From Camelus ferus (Eukaryota), in NCBI RefSeq assembly GCF_009834535.1, contig NC_045696.1, forward strand, positions 16,556,001 to 16,620,000: 64,000 nt of DNA, written 5' to 3'. Below the pieces are notes generated by a model. The model ran no database searches. It saw only the letters and a list, made by a program, of their open reading frames with translations, and was not told the DNA's origin. A program made the position numbers and the translations under genes. Numbering within the stretch: the stretch's first letter is position 1; the number at the start of each line of letters is the position of its first letter. Shown piece after piece: positions 48,641 to 60,887 of the stretch.

Positions 48641-49680
48641 CATATGGAAAGTTCCAATGATTCCAGGCTTAAGAGCTTTTATTTAAGTTCCCTTGGGGCA
48701 GGTGTCATGCCTGTTCATTGCTGTGTCTCCTGCATCTTTGTCAGTTCTTGCCACATAGCAATGTTTAACAAATATTTGTTGAATAAATAAACACAGCAGG
48801 TTAAAAGTAATCTCTTGTACTTCATGATTTTCTGTGGAAAACCACAAAAGAAAAATGTCTTCTGAAGTCTCAGCATTCTAGTAACCTAGAAGTATCAGGA
48901 ATCTAATGAATCCTTCTCTTAAGAGATCCTTTAAGTAGCAATGCTTAGTATCATAAGGTATGAGGGCAAAAGCCAGATACCTCAATTGCCTTGTGATTCT
49001 TCATTCAAAATTATTTATAGAATGGGAATTTTGTCAGATTATAAACCCTTTATAAAGATTAATGTGATTAAAATTTTTTTTATTAAGTATAAATTTACCT
49101 TCCTGGGCTGCCTGTCACCAAAGGGTAGTTCTTACTAAAGAATTATGTCTTGTGGGTTAATATGTGTTTTCCTATAAATGAATTAATTTCTCAAAATCAA
49201 ATATCCCCTTCCCAGAACAAAATTTTTTTTCTACTTACACTGCTTTGATGCTTGTATTTCAAAGCTACCAGATCCTTTAGCTTAAGGCATTGGAGAGTGA
49301 TCTTATCTAAGAGAGGATGTCACCTTCTGTTTTTAACCATAATTAACATTTTAAAATGAAGTAATCTAAAAGATCAGTTAGTCATTCACTCTCAGTATTT
49401 CTAAGAGGTAAGAACAGAAGAGGGACATGATTGTGTAAGCAGTAAGGAGTGAAAAACGTTTAGAAGGCTGTTAAGTAGGAAATAAAAAAGTTAATCCCTC
49501 CAGAAATTGTCAGGAAGACACAAAACATCATTTAAAAATATTAGAACATCCCAGCGTTAATTATGCCAACACCCTGAGCTGATAATAACATTGAGAATGT
49601 GCTGAGAATAGCAGAGATACTAATAAAATGGTTCATGCTTTAAGCCATTACATTTTGTGATAGCAATAGATTACTACATT

Positions 49681-51450
49681 TTAAAAATTAAAAAAAAATT
49701 TTTATTTTTTAATATCTTTTTAAAATTGAAATATAGGCAGCTTACAATGCTGTATCAATTTCTGGTGTACAGCATAACCTTTTAGTCACGCATATACATC
49801 CATATATTCCTTTTCATATTCTGTTTCATTATAGGTTACTACAAGATACTGAATATAGTTCCCTGTGCTATACAATATAAACTTATTGTTTATCTATTTT
49901 ATATATAGTAGTTACTATCTACAAATCTCAAACTCCCAATTTATTCCTTCCCACCTCCTTCCCCTCTGGTAACCATAAGTTTGTTTTCTATGTCTGCGAA
50001 TCTGTTCTGCAAGTATGTTCATCTGTGTCTTTTTTTTTTTTTTTTAAGATTCCACATATAAGTGATATCATATGGTATTTTTCTTTCTCTTTCTATCTTA
50101 CTTCACTTAGAATGATGATCTCCAGGTCCATCTGTGTTGCTGCAAATGGCATTTTATTTTTTTTATAGCTGAGTAGAATTCCATTTATATATATATATAT
50201 ATATATATTCACACACACACACACACGTGTATATGTATATATCTATATCTACACATACATACATACACACACACACACATGCACAGACACACACATGCAC
50301 ACACACACACACACAAACTTCTTTATCCGGTCATCTGTTGAAGGACATTTAGGTTGCTTCTGTGTCTTGGCTATTGTAAATAATGCTTCTATGAACATTG
50401 GGGTGCATATATCTTTTCAAATTAGATTTCCCTCCAGATATATGCCCAGGAGTGGGATTGTAGGATCATGTTTTTAGTTTTCAAGTCTATTTTTAATTTT
50501 TTAAGGAATCTCAATATTGTTTTCCAAAATGGCTGCACCAACAGTGTAGGAGGGTTTCCTTTTCTCCACATCCTCTCCAGCATTTATCATTTGTGGACTT
50601 TTTAATGATGGCCATTCTGACTGGTGTGAAATGACACCTCATTGTTGTTTTGATTTGCATTTCTTTGCTAATTAGTGATACTGAGCATGTTTTCATGTGC
50701 CTATTGGTCATTTGTATGTCTTCATTGGAAAATTGCTTGTTTAGGTCTTCTGCCTAGTTTTGGATTGGGTTTTTGTTTGCTATTAAGTTGTATGAGCTGT
50801 TTGTATATTCTGGAGATTAAGCCCTTGTCAGTTACATTGTTTGCAAATATTTTTCCTATTCTATATGTTGTCTTTTTGTTTTGTTTATAGTTTCCTATGC
50901 TATAGGTTTAACTAGGTCCCATTTAAAAATTTTTACTTTTATTTCTATTTGCTGGGTAGACTGCCCTAGGAGAACATTACTAAGATTTATGTCAGTGAAT
51001 GTTTTACCTATGTTTTCTTCTAGGAGTTTTATAGTGTCTTTTTCACGGGACTAGAACAAATAGTCCTAAAATTTATATGGAATCACAAAAGACCCAGATT
51101 TGCCAAAGCAATATTGAAAAAAACAAACAAACAAACTGAAGGAATAACCCTCCCAGACCTCAGACAATACTACAGAGCTACAGTAATCAAAATAGTGTGG
51201 TACTAGCGCAAAAACAGACATATGGATCAATGGAACAGAATAGAGAGCCCAGAAATAAACTCACAGACTTACGGTCAATTAATCTTTTACAAAGGAGGCA
51301 AGAATATATAATGGAGAAAAGACAGTCTCCTTAATAAGTGATGTTAGGAAAACTGGACAGCTTCATGTAAATCAATGAAGTTAGAACACTCCCCCACACC
51401 ATACACAACAATAAACTCAAAATGGCTTAAAGACTTAAACATAAGGCAAA
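49681..51450 (-). mobile_element. L1 insertion with 5' inversion (twin priming)
   Basis: Antisense 3' UTR and ORF2 end at about 49700-51040, then sense ORF2 at about 51040-51450. TSD attactacatt at 49670-49680 and 51451-51461. Confidence 0.9.
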
Positions 51451-51501
51451 ATTACTACATTCTTAATAGCAAAAGATTAATCTGCATAGATCACCAGAAC
51501 A

Positions 51502-51724
51502 ATTAGGAGTTTGTGGTTAATACGTATACACTACTATACATAGCATAGATAAAAACAAGAACCTACTGTTTAGTACAGGGAATTACATTCAATGTTTTGT
51601 AATGAGCTATAATGTAAAAGAATCCAAAAAGCATATATGTATGTATAGGTATAACTGAATTGCTTTGCTGTATACCTACACATAACCTTGTAAATCAACT
51701 ACATTTCAAAAAAAAAAAAAAAAA
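51502..51724 (+). mobile_element. L1 3' UTR fragment with poly(A)
   Basis: 'attaggagtttgtggttaatacgtatacactactata...gtaaatcaactacatttc' followed by a pure A run; short agaaca repeat on both flanks. Confidence 0.85.
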
Positions 51725-52621
51725 GAACAGAATTGCTATAAAGATTAAATGAATATTAATGAAAGGAAAGTCAAACCATGAACTTCTCTTTGAAAACTTT
51801 AGAAAATTAAGAGCAGAAATATGGAAGTCTTCCTACTTTAAGCCAGTAAGACTTGACTGGTAACCTGTTAAATAGAATATTTTTAAAAGAAATAATATGT
51901 TAAAAAGAAATAGAGTTGGTCAGCCTGGCATAAGAAAGAAGAAAGTAAAGAATCAATGAAGTACGCTTTGGCAGAGTATTCTGGGGAAATTTTTTTCCAA
52001 AGATTTGTCCTTTCTGGTGGTGATTATTAAAGTTGTAGTGTTAGTTATACTTTGCTTGATGTCATTGAACATCTTATTTAATTCAACTCCAAGTTACTCA
52101 GAATTCATACTCACTAAGTGATATTTGGATTATAATTTGATTTCTGATACAACTTTTGGAAAGAAGGAATGCTTTGGATAGAGGACCCTCTGGCAATTTT
52201 ATCTCCCATTATAATTAAACAGTTTTCCCCCCTGGCTTGTACAGAAGTCTCTTGAATGTAGTTTGTATAAATCACATTTCCCAAGTTTGACAAAGTATGG
52301 GACACTGAGGAAGTTGAATTTTCAACAAGACCAAGCGGAGCAACAGCTTGGGCTGCAACAGCTTCTGCAAGGTTATTGCCACTTTGATGAGTTTTCCTGA
52401 CCTTCCCACTTCCCCTGGGGACAGTGTGAAAGAGTATCTGGTAAAATGCATGGCATAGAGCAGTGCATCACTTATGTGAGGAAGAGGGAAGAAAATAGTG
52501 TACTGAGAAGAAGCAGAGTAGGAAGGAAAAAGAAAGCAGTTTTCTGAAGGAATGCTTTATTGACATACTGAGCTCTGACATGTGTGACAGCATATTTATT
52601 GTACTTGGCCAGTACAATACG

Positions 52622-53136
52622 TATGATGATTAATTTCATGTGTCAACTTAACTGGGTCATAGGGTGTCTAGGCATTTGGTCAAAAGTTATTTATGATGCT
52701 GCTGCTGATAATGATGATGATGTCAATGAGGGTATTAATCCATGAGACTAACATTTGCATTGGTAGACTGAGTAAAGCAGATTGCCCTTTGCAATGTGGA
52801 TGGGCCTCATCCAATCAGTTGAAGGCCTGGATATAACAAAAGGCTGAACTTCCTGCACAAGAGGAAACTCCTGCCTGGCTGCCTTTGAGTTGAGGCATCA
52901 GTTGTTTTCCTGCTTTCAGACTGTAACTGAAACATCAGCTTTTCCTGGGTCTCAAGCCTACTGGTATTCAGACTGGGACTATACCATCAGCTCTCCTGGG
53001 TCTCCAGCTTGCTGATTGAAGATCTTGGGACTTGTCAGCCTCCATAATCATGTGAGCGTCTTCCTTAGAATAAATCTCTTTATCCATCTATATACCTTCT
53101 TTTTGTTCTGTTTCTCTAAAGAACCCTGACTAAAAA
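52622..53136 (+). mobile_element. MLT2 (ERVL) solo LTR, near full length
   Basis: 'tatgatgattaatttcatgtgtcaacttaactggg...gggcctcatccaatcagttgaaggcctg...aataaatctc...tctgtttctctaaagaaccctgactaa'. Confidence 0.9.
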
Positions 53137-53719
53137 ATATATCAGGTATCCTCATGAAATGTCAATTACAAGAAAATTTTACTTTTGCAAATGAATTAGG
53201 TCTTTGATGTACCCCCTGGCAGGGGAAAAACATTTTCATCCAAACTAGATTTTTCTGTGACTCAGTGTGAATGTGTTTCCTATTTTTTTCTTTAATGAGA
53301 ATACATCCCATCTCATTAACTCTTGTCAAATCTATCCTCAGTAATGGAAATTATATGCAGTTATGAACTTAAAAATTTGGTGTACTCTTATGTCAGAAAT
53401 GTCTTGGTACATCTCATCTGGTTGGTTTTATTTGTGATGCTGCCACATTTCCCTCAAATCCCTGAACTCAAAACTGACTCATCTCTCGTCAGTGTCAATA
53501 GCTCCACAACTTGCAAGTCCTGCAAACTTGATTTTAAGAATTATGCATTAAGGAAAATATAAATCAACAACGTGACATAAGACCACTAATTCCACAAGTG
53601 TTTATTGAGCATGTACCAATATACTAGACTGGAGAAACACATATGAAACCAACACAGACCTTTTTATTAAATAGGGAAGATAGAAAACAGAAATGAAGAC
53701 TAAGAGGGAAAAGAAAATG

Positions 53720-53960
53720 CCTGATGTTTATTGAGCTTCTGTGCTTTACCAGGCACCCTGTTAAGGTCTTTACAATGGATCTTCACAATATCCTTCCAGG
53801 GTAGATACTAGTATCCCTCACTTATGTACAGGGGCACCAAGGCTCAGAGAGTTCCTCCAGTTAGGAGAGTAGAAATTAGAGCTAGCATTCACTGAGCCCC
53901 AGTGACAGCATGGAATTCAAAGATAGATCTATGGCTTCACATGTACTCTGCTTTCCACTT
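53720..53960 (-). mobile_element. MIR SINE relic
   Basis: 'tttattgagcttctgtgctttaccaggcacc...tatccctcacttatgtacaggggcaccaaggctcagagag'. Confidence 0.6.
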
Positions 53961-53984
53961 CATCTTGTTAATTTGTTCTAAACC

Positions 53985-54179
53985 CACACTGTGTGATGCA
54001 ATAGCCACTAGCTACATGTGGCTATTGGGCACTTAGAATGTGGCCAGTCCAATTTGAGATGTACTATAAGCATAAATACAAACCAGATTTCAAAGAATTG
54101 GTCTGAAAAGGAATGTAAAATATCTCAATAATTTTAATATTGATTACATATAGAAATGATAATACTTTGGATATACTAA
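53985..54179 (-). mobile_element. MER33 hAT-Charlie MITE (partial)
   Basis: 'tagccactagctacatgtggctattgggcacttagaatgtggccagtccaatttgagatgtact...gaatgtaaaatatctc...ttggatatact'. Confidence 0.8.
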
Positions 54180-55132
54180 TGTATTTGTCATGGTTTTCTA
54201 GAGAAACAGAACCCAAAGTACTCATCTGTCTATCTGACAGAGACAGAGACACGGACAGAGAGACATATGTACACACACACAGAAAAAAAGAGAGACAGAG
54301 ATAGAAAGAGGCAGAGAAAGAGACAGAGAGACAGAGACAGAAAGGAGAGAGAGAGAGATGGATATATTTTAAGGAGCTGGCTCCTGTACTTGTAGAGGCC
54401 AGCAAGTCTGAAATCTACAGAGCAGGCTGGCAAGTTGGAGATTCAGGTGAGAGCTGATATTGCAGTCTTGAGTCTGAAATCTTCAGGATAGACCAGAAAG
54501 ACTGGAAACTCAGGTAATGTAATGGAATGAGTTGTTCCCACCCCTCTCCCCTCCCTCAACAATCCATATGTTGAATCCCTAACCCACAATGTAACTATAT
54601 TTGAAGATATGGCCATTAAGAAGTAATTAAGGTTAAATGAGGCCCTATGGGTGGGGCTCTAATCTAATATGACTTGTGTCCTTATAAGAACAGAAAGAGA
54701 CATTAGGGATGCATGAGCACAGAGGAATGGCCATGAGAAGATACAAGGAGAAGAAGGCTGTCAGCAGGCAAGGAGAGAAGCCTCAGGAAAAACCAAACTG
54801 CCTACCTTGATCTTGGACTTCCAGCCTCCAAAACTGTGAAAAAATAAATTTCCATTGTTTGTCACCTAGTCTGTGATATTTTGTAATGGCAGCCCTACAA
54901 AGCAAATACAGGTGGGGTTTCTATGCTGCAGTCTTGAGGTTTTATTCCTTCTTCTTTGGGAAATCTCAGTCCTTGCTCTTAAGGCCTTCAACTGATTGGA
55001 TGAGGCTCACCCATATTATGCAGGGAAATATGCATTACTTAAAATCTATAGATTTAAATGTTAATTACATCTAAAAACATTTCACAGCAATATTTGGATT
55101 GGCATTTGAGAAAATAACTGGACACCTTAGCC
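54180..55132 (-). mobile_element. MLT2 LTR with internal GA/CA microsatellite, interrupted by MLT1
   Basis: 'tgtatttgtcatggttttctagagaaacagaacc...ttaaggagctggctc...aaggccttcaactgattggatgaggctcaccca...aactggacaccttagcc'. Confidence 0.85.
54518..54910 (+). mobile_element. MLT1B-type solo LTR nested in MLT2
   Basis: TG...CA ends; 'atatgttgaatccctaacccacaatgta...ccttgatcttggacttccagcctcca...atggcagccctacaaagcaaataca'. Confidence 0.88.
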
Positions 55133-55636
55133 ATTTTTGCTTTTATTTCTTTTGCCTTGGGAAACTGATCTAAGAAAATATTACTATGATTTATGTCTGA
55201 GAATATTTTGCCTATGTTCTCTTCTAGGATTTTTATGATGTCACATCTTATATTATGTCTTTAAACCATTTTGAATTTATTTTTGTGTGTAGCTTGAGGA
55301 AATGTCCTAATTTCATTGATTTACATCAGGCTGTCCAGCTTTCCCAGCAACCATGCTGAAGAGACTTTCTTTTCTCCATTGTATATTCTTGCCTCCTTTG
55401 TCAAAGATAAACTGACTATCAGTGTGTGGGCCTTTTTCTGGGATCTCTATTTCTTCCACTGATCTATATGTCTGTTTTTGTGCCAATATCACACTGTTTT
55501 GATTACTGTAGCTTTCTAATTTTGTCTAAAGTTTGAGAGGGTTATGTCCCAGCTTTGTTCTTTTTCCTTTGCATTGCTTTGGCAATTCTGGGTCTTTTGT
55601 AGTTCCAGGCAAATTTTAGGATTATTTGTTCTAGTA
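55133..55636 (-). mobile_element. L1 ORF2 internal fragment
   Basis: 'ttgcctatgttctcttctagga...gctgtccagctttcccagca...tgttttgattactgtagcttt...aattttaggattatttgttctag'. Confidence 0.85.
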
Positions 55637-56249
55637 AAACAGATAGCTTCATCTTCTTCATATATTATCCATGGTATGAGATGTCAGTAGGATATAGAGC
55701 CAATATGGGACTTTCCCAAGGGTAAATGATGAATGTAGAGATCACATCAAAAGTCTATAAGAAGACAACGTCTCTGGTTTAGAACCCTGTGAATCTCTGA
55801 ATTGAGAGCAAAGATTGAACTGGAGTGTTTATGTTTTTTATTCCTGACGAGTAAGACATTGCATACAATGGAGTGTAGATTTTATGGTGATTGGAGAGGG
55901 GCTGAACTTGGAGAGAACTTTTTATTATGGGATAAAAGCACAAACCTTCATGAAACCATATCCCTTAAAGCTGAACTTGAAGCTTTGCATAGCCTCTCAC
56001 CAATGCCTGCAATCAATCAGTCATTCTAGGATCAATAAAAGTGTATCATGAAGGCTCCACTAGTTTTCTGTCTGCTCGCCAATGCTTCAAGATTTCATTG
56101 AGCACTGCTATCAACAAAGGAGCATCAGTAGCAAATGTCTGTACCCTTTAAATATCTACCAAATATGTACCAGTTACCAGTTGGGCAAAATGAGTAAAAT
56201 GATGTCATTCTGTTACATTTCAGGCACTATGACAAAGCCTCAGAAAGAA

Positions 56250-56880
56250 ATCCTGAAAAGAAGATATTATTGAAATAGATTAAGAGGAAGGGAAGATTTG
56301 AGGGATATTTGGGAATAGAATTTACTGAATTCGGTGATTGGATTGCATGTGAAGAGAAGCTGAATAAAGGAAAAAAAATCTCAAAGATGATTGCTCATTT
56401 TCTGTACTGGCTGAGTGTTTCATCAAAGGAGTGGCTACATAAAAGGAAAAGGTTATTAGGAAAATGATGTGGTACCTCTACAGGACACCCAGATGGGGAG
56501 GTTTGAGTTGTACCTATGGATCTGGAGGTCAGCAGTGAGGTCCAAACTAAAGACATGCTCCTGGAACTCATCAGCATAAAGGTGGTAATTTAAATCATTA
56601 AAACAATGACACCTTTTAGGGATAGTGCAAAGGAAGAGAAAGAAGGGCATGAATAAAGGAAGCTCCAACATTTAAAGGATGTTTAGAGGAAGAGAAGCCT
56701 GTGAAAAGTGAAGAGAAGGAAAAATCAGGTAGGTAGAAAGTAATCCAGGGTTGACTATAGTCGATAAAACAAGAAGAGATTAGAACTTCTAAAAGGGGGT
56801 ATGTGGGGAACAGCTTCAAATTCTACAGAAAAGTGAGACAAAACTGAAAAGCATCTCTTGAATTTAGCAGCAGGGTGATG
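56250..56880 (-). mobile_element. L2 relic
   Basis: 'gaatttactgaattcggtgattggattgc', 'ggaactcatcagcataaaggtggtaatttaaatc', 'aacatttaaaggatgtttagaggaagagaagcc'. Confidence 0.65.
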
Positions 56881-57379
56881 AGTGAGATGATATTTCTCTT
56901 CGGTTTAATGATAACTTTTGCTACCTACTCTCCTCACTGGAGTAGGGCTTGGGGTGGTTAGCAATGGCTGAAGAGAGAGGTGTCAGCTTGGGATTTAGAC
57001 ACCACTCCAATATCCAGAAAGAGGTATCATGGTAGAATAGTATTTCTCTCGGCCCCTTGAAGTAAAATTACTGAAATCAACCTTTTGTAATTTCTCTGTG
57101 GAAATTAAAGGACTGTTCCATAGGAGACTGCAGTAGGAATAAGGGTTTGTTTGTTTTTTTCCACCTTCAGAGCCTCTCTGAGTAAAATCTATGCAGCGAA
57201 CATTGGATGAAGAGTCTCTACTGTCAGTGTCAGAAGTTGTGGCGTCCAAATTATGTTTGTAGATTAGTTTTAAGAAGATAACATCTACCAATCACACTGA
57301 ATGAGAATTGTGCCTTGGGACACCAGACAATTCACCAGAAATAAAAATTTTCAATGGTTAAGCTTGAAGTCAGGTAAGC

Positions 57380-57555
57380 TTGTGTTTGGACACTGCCTCA
57401 TACTTTCCGGGTGGCCTTAGGTAAGTTATTTCTTTTAGTTCCAATTCCCTCATAGGTGAAATGGGAATGATATCTACTTGTAAGTTTTTTATAAGTATTT
57501 AAGGAGATAATGTATAGTTCTTTGCACATAACCATTGCTCAGTAAATGTTAACCA
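57380..57555 (+). mobile_element. MIR SINE relic
   Basis: 'ccttaggtaagttattt...ttccctcataggtgaaatgggaatgata...ttaaggagataatgtat...gctcagtaaatgtta'. Confidence 0.65.
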
Positions 57556-57704
57556 CTCTTACTTTTATTCTAATCTCTGAAGTTAACTTTTCTTCTCTGC
57601 TTTGGGACCCATCCCTGAATGGGGCTATTCATGAATTGTTCCCACATTTTTCTATAACCCACCCTCCTTAGGGTTCACAATCTTTCTTTTAAAAAATCTT
57701 TCTT

Positions 57705-57940
57705 AGGGGGTGGAGGAGGGATAAATTAGGAGTTTGGGAAGAGCAGACACAAACTACTATATATAAAATAAAAAAACAAGGTCCTACTGTATAGCACAGG
57801 GAACTATATTCAATATACTGTAATAAATCATAATGGAAAAGAATATGAAAAATAACATACATGTATATATATAACTGAATCACTTTGCTCTACATCAGAA
57901 ACTAACATAACATTGTAAATCACCTATAATTCAATAAAAA
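57705..57940 (+). mobile_element. 5'-truncated L1 3' UTR
   Basis: TSD aaaaaat(c/a)tttctt at 57691-57704 and 57936-57949; 'gggataaattaggagtttggg...tcaataaaaa'. Confidence 0.88.
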
Positions 57941-60544
57941 ATATTTCTTGCTATTAGTCATGCCTAACGATCAATTACTTTAAACAAATTAAATTTTTCC
58001 TTGGGAGCCAGATGCCTGTTTAATGAACTTTGAATTTATTTCCTTCCGTTTCATGACCAACTCTTGAAATATTCTACACTCACTCTCATTTTTCCTTTTT
58101 CTGTTTTGTTTGTAAACTTTGAGATGGAATCTTAGCTTCCTGAAACTGCTTATGGGAAAGTCATTAGGTACCTATTTCTAGTGAAAATCAGTGGCCTTTT
58201 AAAATTCTCAACTTTTTGGGCTATTCAGCTGCATGTGATTCTGTTGAGAACTGCTTCCTTGAAAACTCTCTTATCCTTTTTTTTTTTTTTTCTGTGTCTC
58301 CACAACATCCTCAGTCTTTTTTTCACTGGTACTTCTTTTTTCCCTCCATCCTGGTCATTGGAGTTTCTCAAGGATTGGTCTTTAGCTTTCTCTTTTCTTT
58401 TATAAACTAATTTCTTCACAGAGTTTTATCTATTAAGAATTTTCATCATAACTTTGATGATAAAAAGTATCACATTTTCATCTGTGCTCTGAGTTTTTAA
58501 CTCAACCTTCCTATTTCTAAGCACCTAGAACTTCTGTCTTCTCAGTCTTCAGCAGGTGAGCTCAACCTTCATCCCTTTCTTGGGTTTTACTATTCTCTAG
58601 CCAATAAGGACTGCTTCCTTTTCTGTATTTCTTTTAGGCCATAACATTCAGGTTAGTATCCACCTTAAACAGTGTGGAAACACTGTTCTCCAGTAGCTTA
58701 TTTGTGCCTTGAGGGCAGCACTCAGATTGCTATTTCTTGTGTGAAATTTAAATACTTGATAATTCATTATTGTGTCGATTTAAAAAAAAGTCAGTGTTAC
58801 AGATGAAAAACAAAACACAGATAAACATCAGAGTAGACATAATTTTACACCCTAGAATGATGTAATATTTATTTGGGAATTTGTGTTTATTATTAAGCTA
58901 AATCTATTTAATAATATTAAGAGACACAATTTGAATAGGAGATTTAAGTATATTAAATATTGGGGGTCATATAAAACAAACATACTAAACAAATGTTGTT
59001 TTCGTCTTTTTTGTTAATTATTTGGCATTGGAACTTAATCTCATTTAATAAGTTTCTCCATAACCCTTGTTAAAAATGAATAAATTTTTTTCTGGAATAT
59101 TAAAATGGAATATTTAGCAAACATTTTATGACTCACAATTGGAAGAATGCAATTAATTCTCAGTATAATTACTTTCATTAAAATCCACTGTAATCTGATT
59201 TGTGCAGTTAATTAGAAAAAATAATGGGTGGCAAATTCTGTCTTGACAAAATATTTTGTTTTGTGTGGTATTGAGAAAGTTTTCCTAAACTTTCATGTTT
59301 TTTATTTGAAAAAATCCAAACCAAATCTCAAATACATTGTAAATTCAGTTAAAATACATAATAAAATATAAAATAAAATTCAGTTAAATATACACACACA
59401 CATATAGAAACAAAGCCAGCTCCTTGATACAGATCTACACAGAAAGGAAGCAATTTTTCACTGATTTGAAAAAAAAAGAACCTTTTCTCTTATTCCTACC
59501 TAGTGTACCTAGATCAGTGTCAGAAAGTACATAGGACTTGCTCATGTGCTGTCTGGTTGAGAAATGACTAAGATTCCATTCTGGACAAGGTCACTTGGAA
59601 GGTTTCCTGGTGGTGATCAAACAATAATTATGATACTATTTGGGGCTATATTTCAGAATATTGAAAACTCAATCTGAATTCTTTTCAGCAGCTGAGTCAC
59701 TGCAGGTCTCTTGCAAATGACTTATTTTTGCTCCTCAGTTTTCTCTATCATAGTTCAAAGGGGAATTTCAATCAGAAAATACAACAGATTGCTTCATAAT
59801 GAGACAAACTTGAAGCCAGAAAAAGGGAAAAATAGAAAAGCTAATAAGGTCTCGCAGGAATTTGCCAGCTGAGAGACAAGGGGTGGGTGTGTGAGGTGAG
59901 GCATTTGGATAACACCAGTATTTCATTTTAGTCTATCCAAAAGAAGTAGCTCTTCAAGATGGCATATTTCTGGCCCCAAGCATCAGCTTTATTTGATGTG
60001 TTGCTACTGTGCTTTTATTTATTCACTTCTTTATTCTGTCAAACAGATATGTGCTAAATACCAACTATAAAAAGTACCAATGATTGGCGCCACCAGTAAA
60101 GAGTGTGACGCAGTTATAGCCCTTCTCCCTGTTCAATTCTCATTCATCCTCATCCAGGCCTTATTCCATGATGGGAGCCATCTGCAGGAATCACAGGATG
60201 TGGGTTTTATACATTGGGGATTGTGGGATCCATGGAGGCTGCAGTATTGGGAAAATGTGTTCCTGGCTTTCTATCATACATCCTTTGTTGCCTCTACTCT
60301 GCTGGAAATAGCAAGGGGTCAAAGGCTAAGAGGTAGAAACTGGAAAGTCTGCAGCCTATTTTGAATGGCTTACCTGCCCTTGGAGGAGGGGATGGTGACC
60401 ACCATGAGTTTCAGCTGTGTGGGTGTGGAGTCTGCTGCAAAGACGATGCTTAATGATTTTGTGATCCATGTTTAGAGGCAGCTAAGATCTTTATAGATAG
60501 GTCCATTCTTTTCAAGGAGATATTTTTATTCTAGTTGTACTTTT

Positions 60545-60887
60545 ATTTTTTTGTTGTTGTTGAAGTATTATTGATTTACAATGTTGTGTTAGTTTCTGGT
60601 GTACAGCATACAGATGCAGTTCTATATGTATATATTCTTTTTCATGAGAGGTTATTACAAGATAGTGACTATAGTTCCCTGTGCTATACAGTAGGGCCTT
60701 ATTGTGTACCTATCTTATATACAGTAGTTTGTATCCACAAATCCCAAATTCCCAACTTATCCTTCCTCCTCTCTTCCCCCTTCCCAATAAAACCATGAAT
60801 TTATTTTCTATTTCTGTGAGTCTGTTTGTGTTTTGTAAATAAATCCACTTGTATCATTTTTTAAGATTCCATATATAAGTGATACCA
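60545..60887 (-). mobile_element. 5'-truncated L1 3' UTR
   Basis: Perfect 13-bp TSD tagttgtactttt at 60532-60544 and 60888-60900. Confidence 0.9.

Noticed and set aside
48352..48657. Hydrophobic FLSF-repeat ORFs that look like membrane proteins
   Set aside because: Translation of the (TTTC)n microsatellite.
6047..60887. Recurring ~250-bp sequence throughout the window, a possible novel SINE or array
   Set aside because: These are 5'-truncated L1 3' UTRs; longer copies extend into the ORF2 C-terminus.
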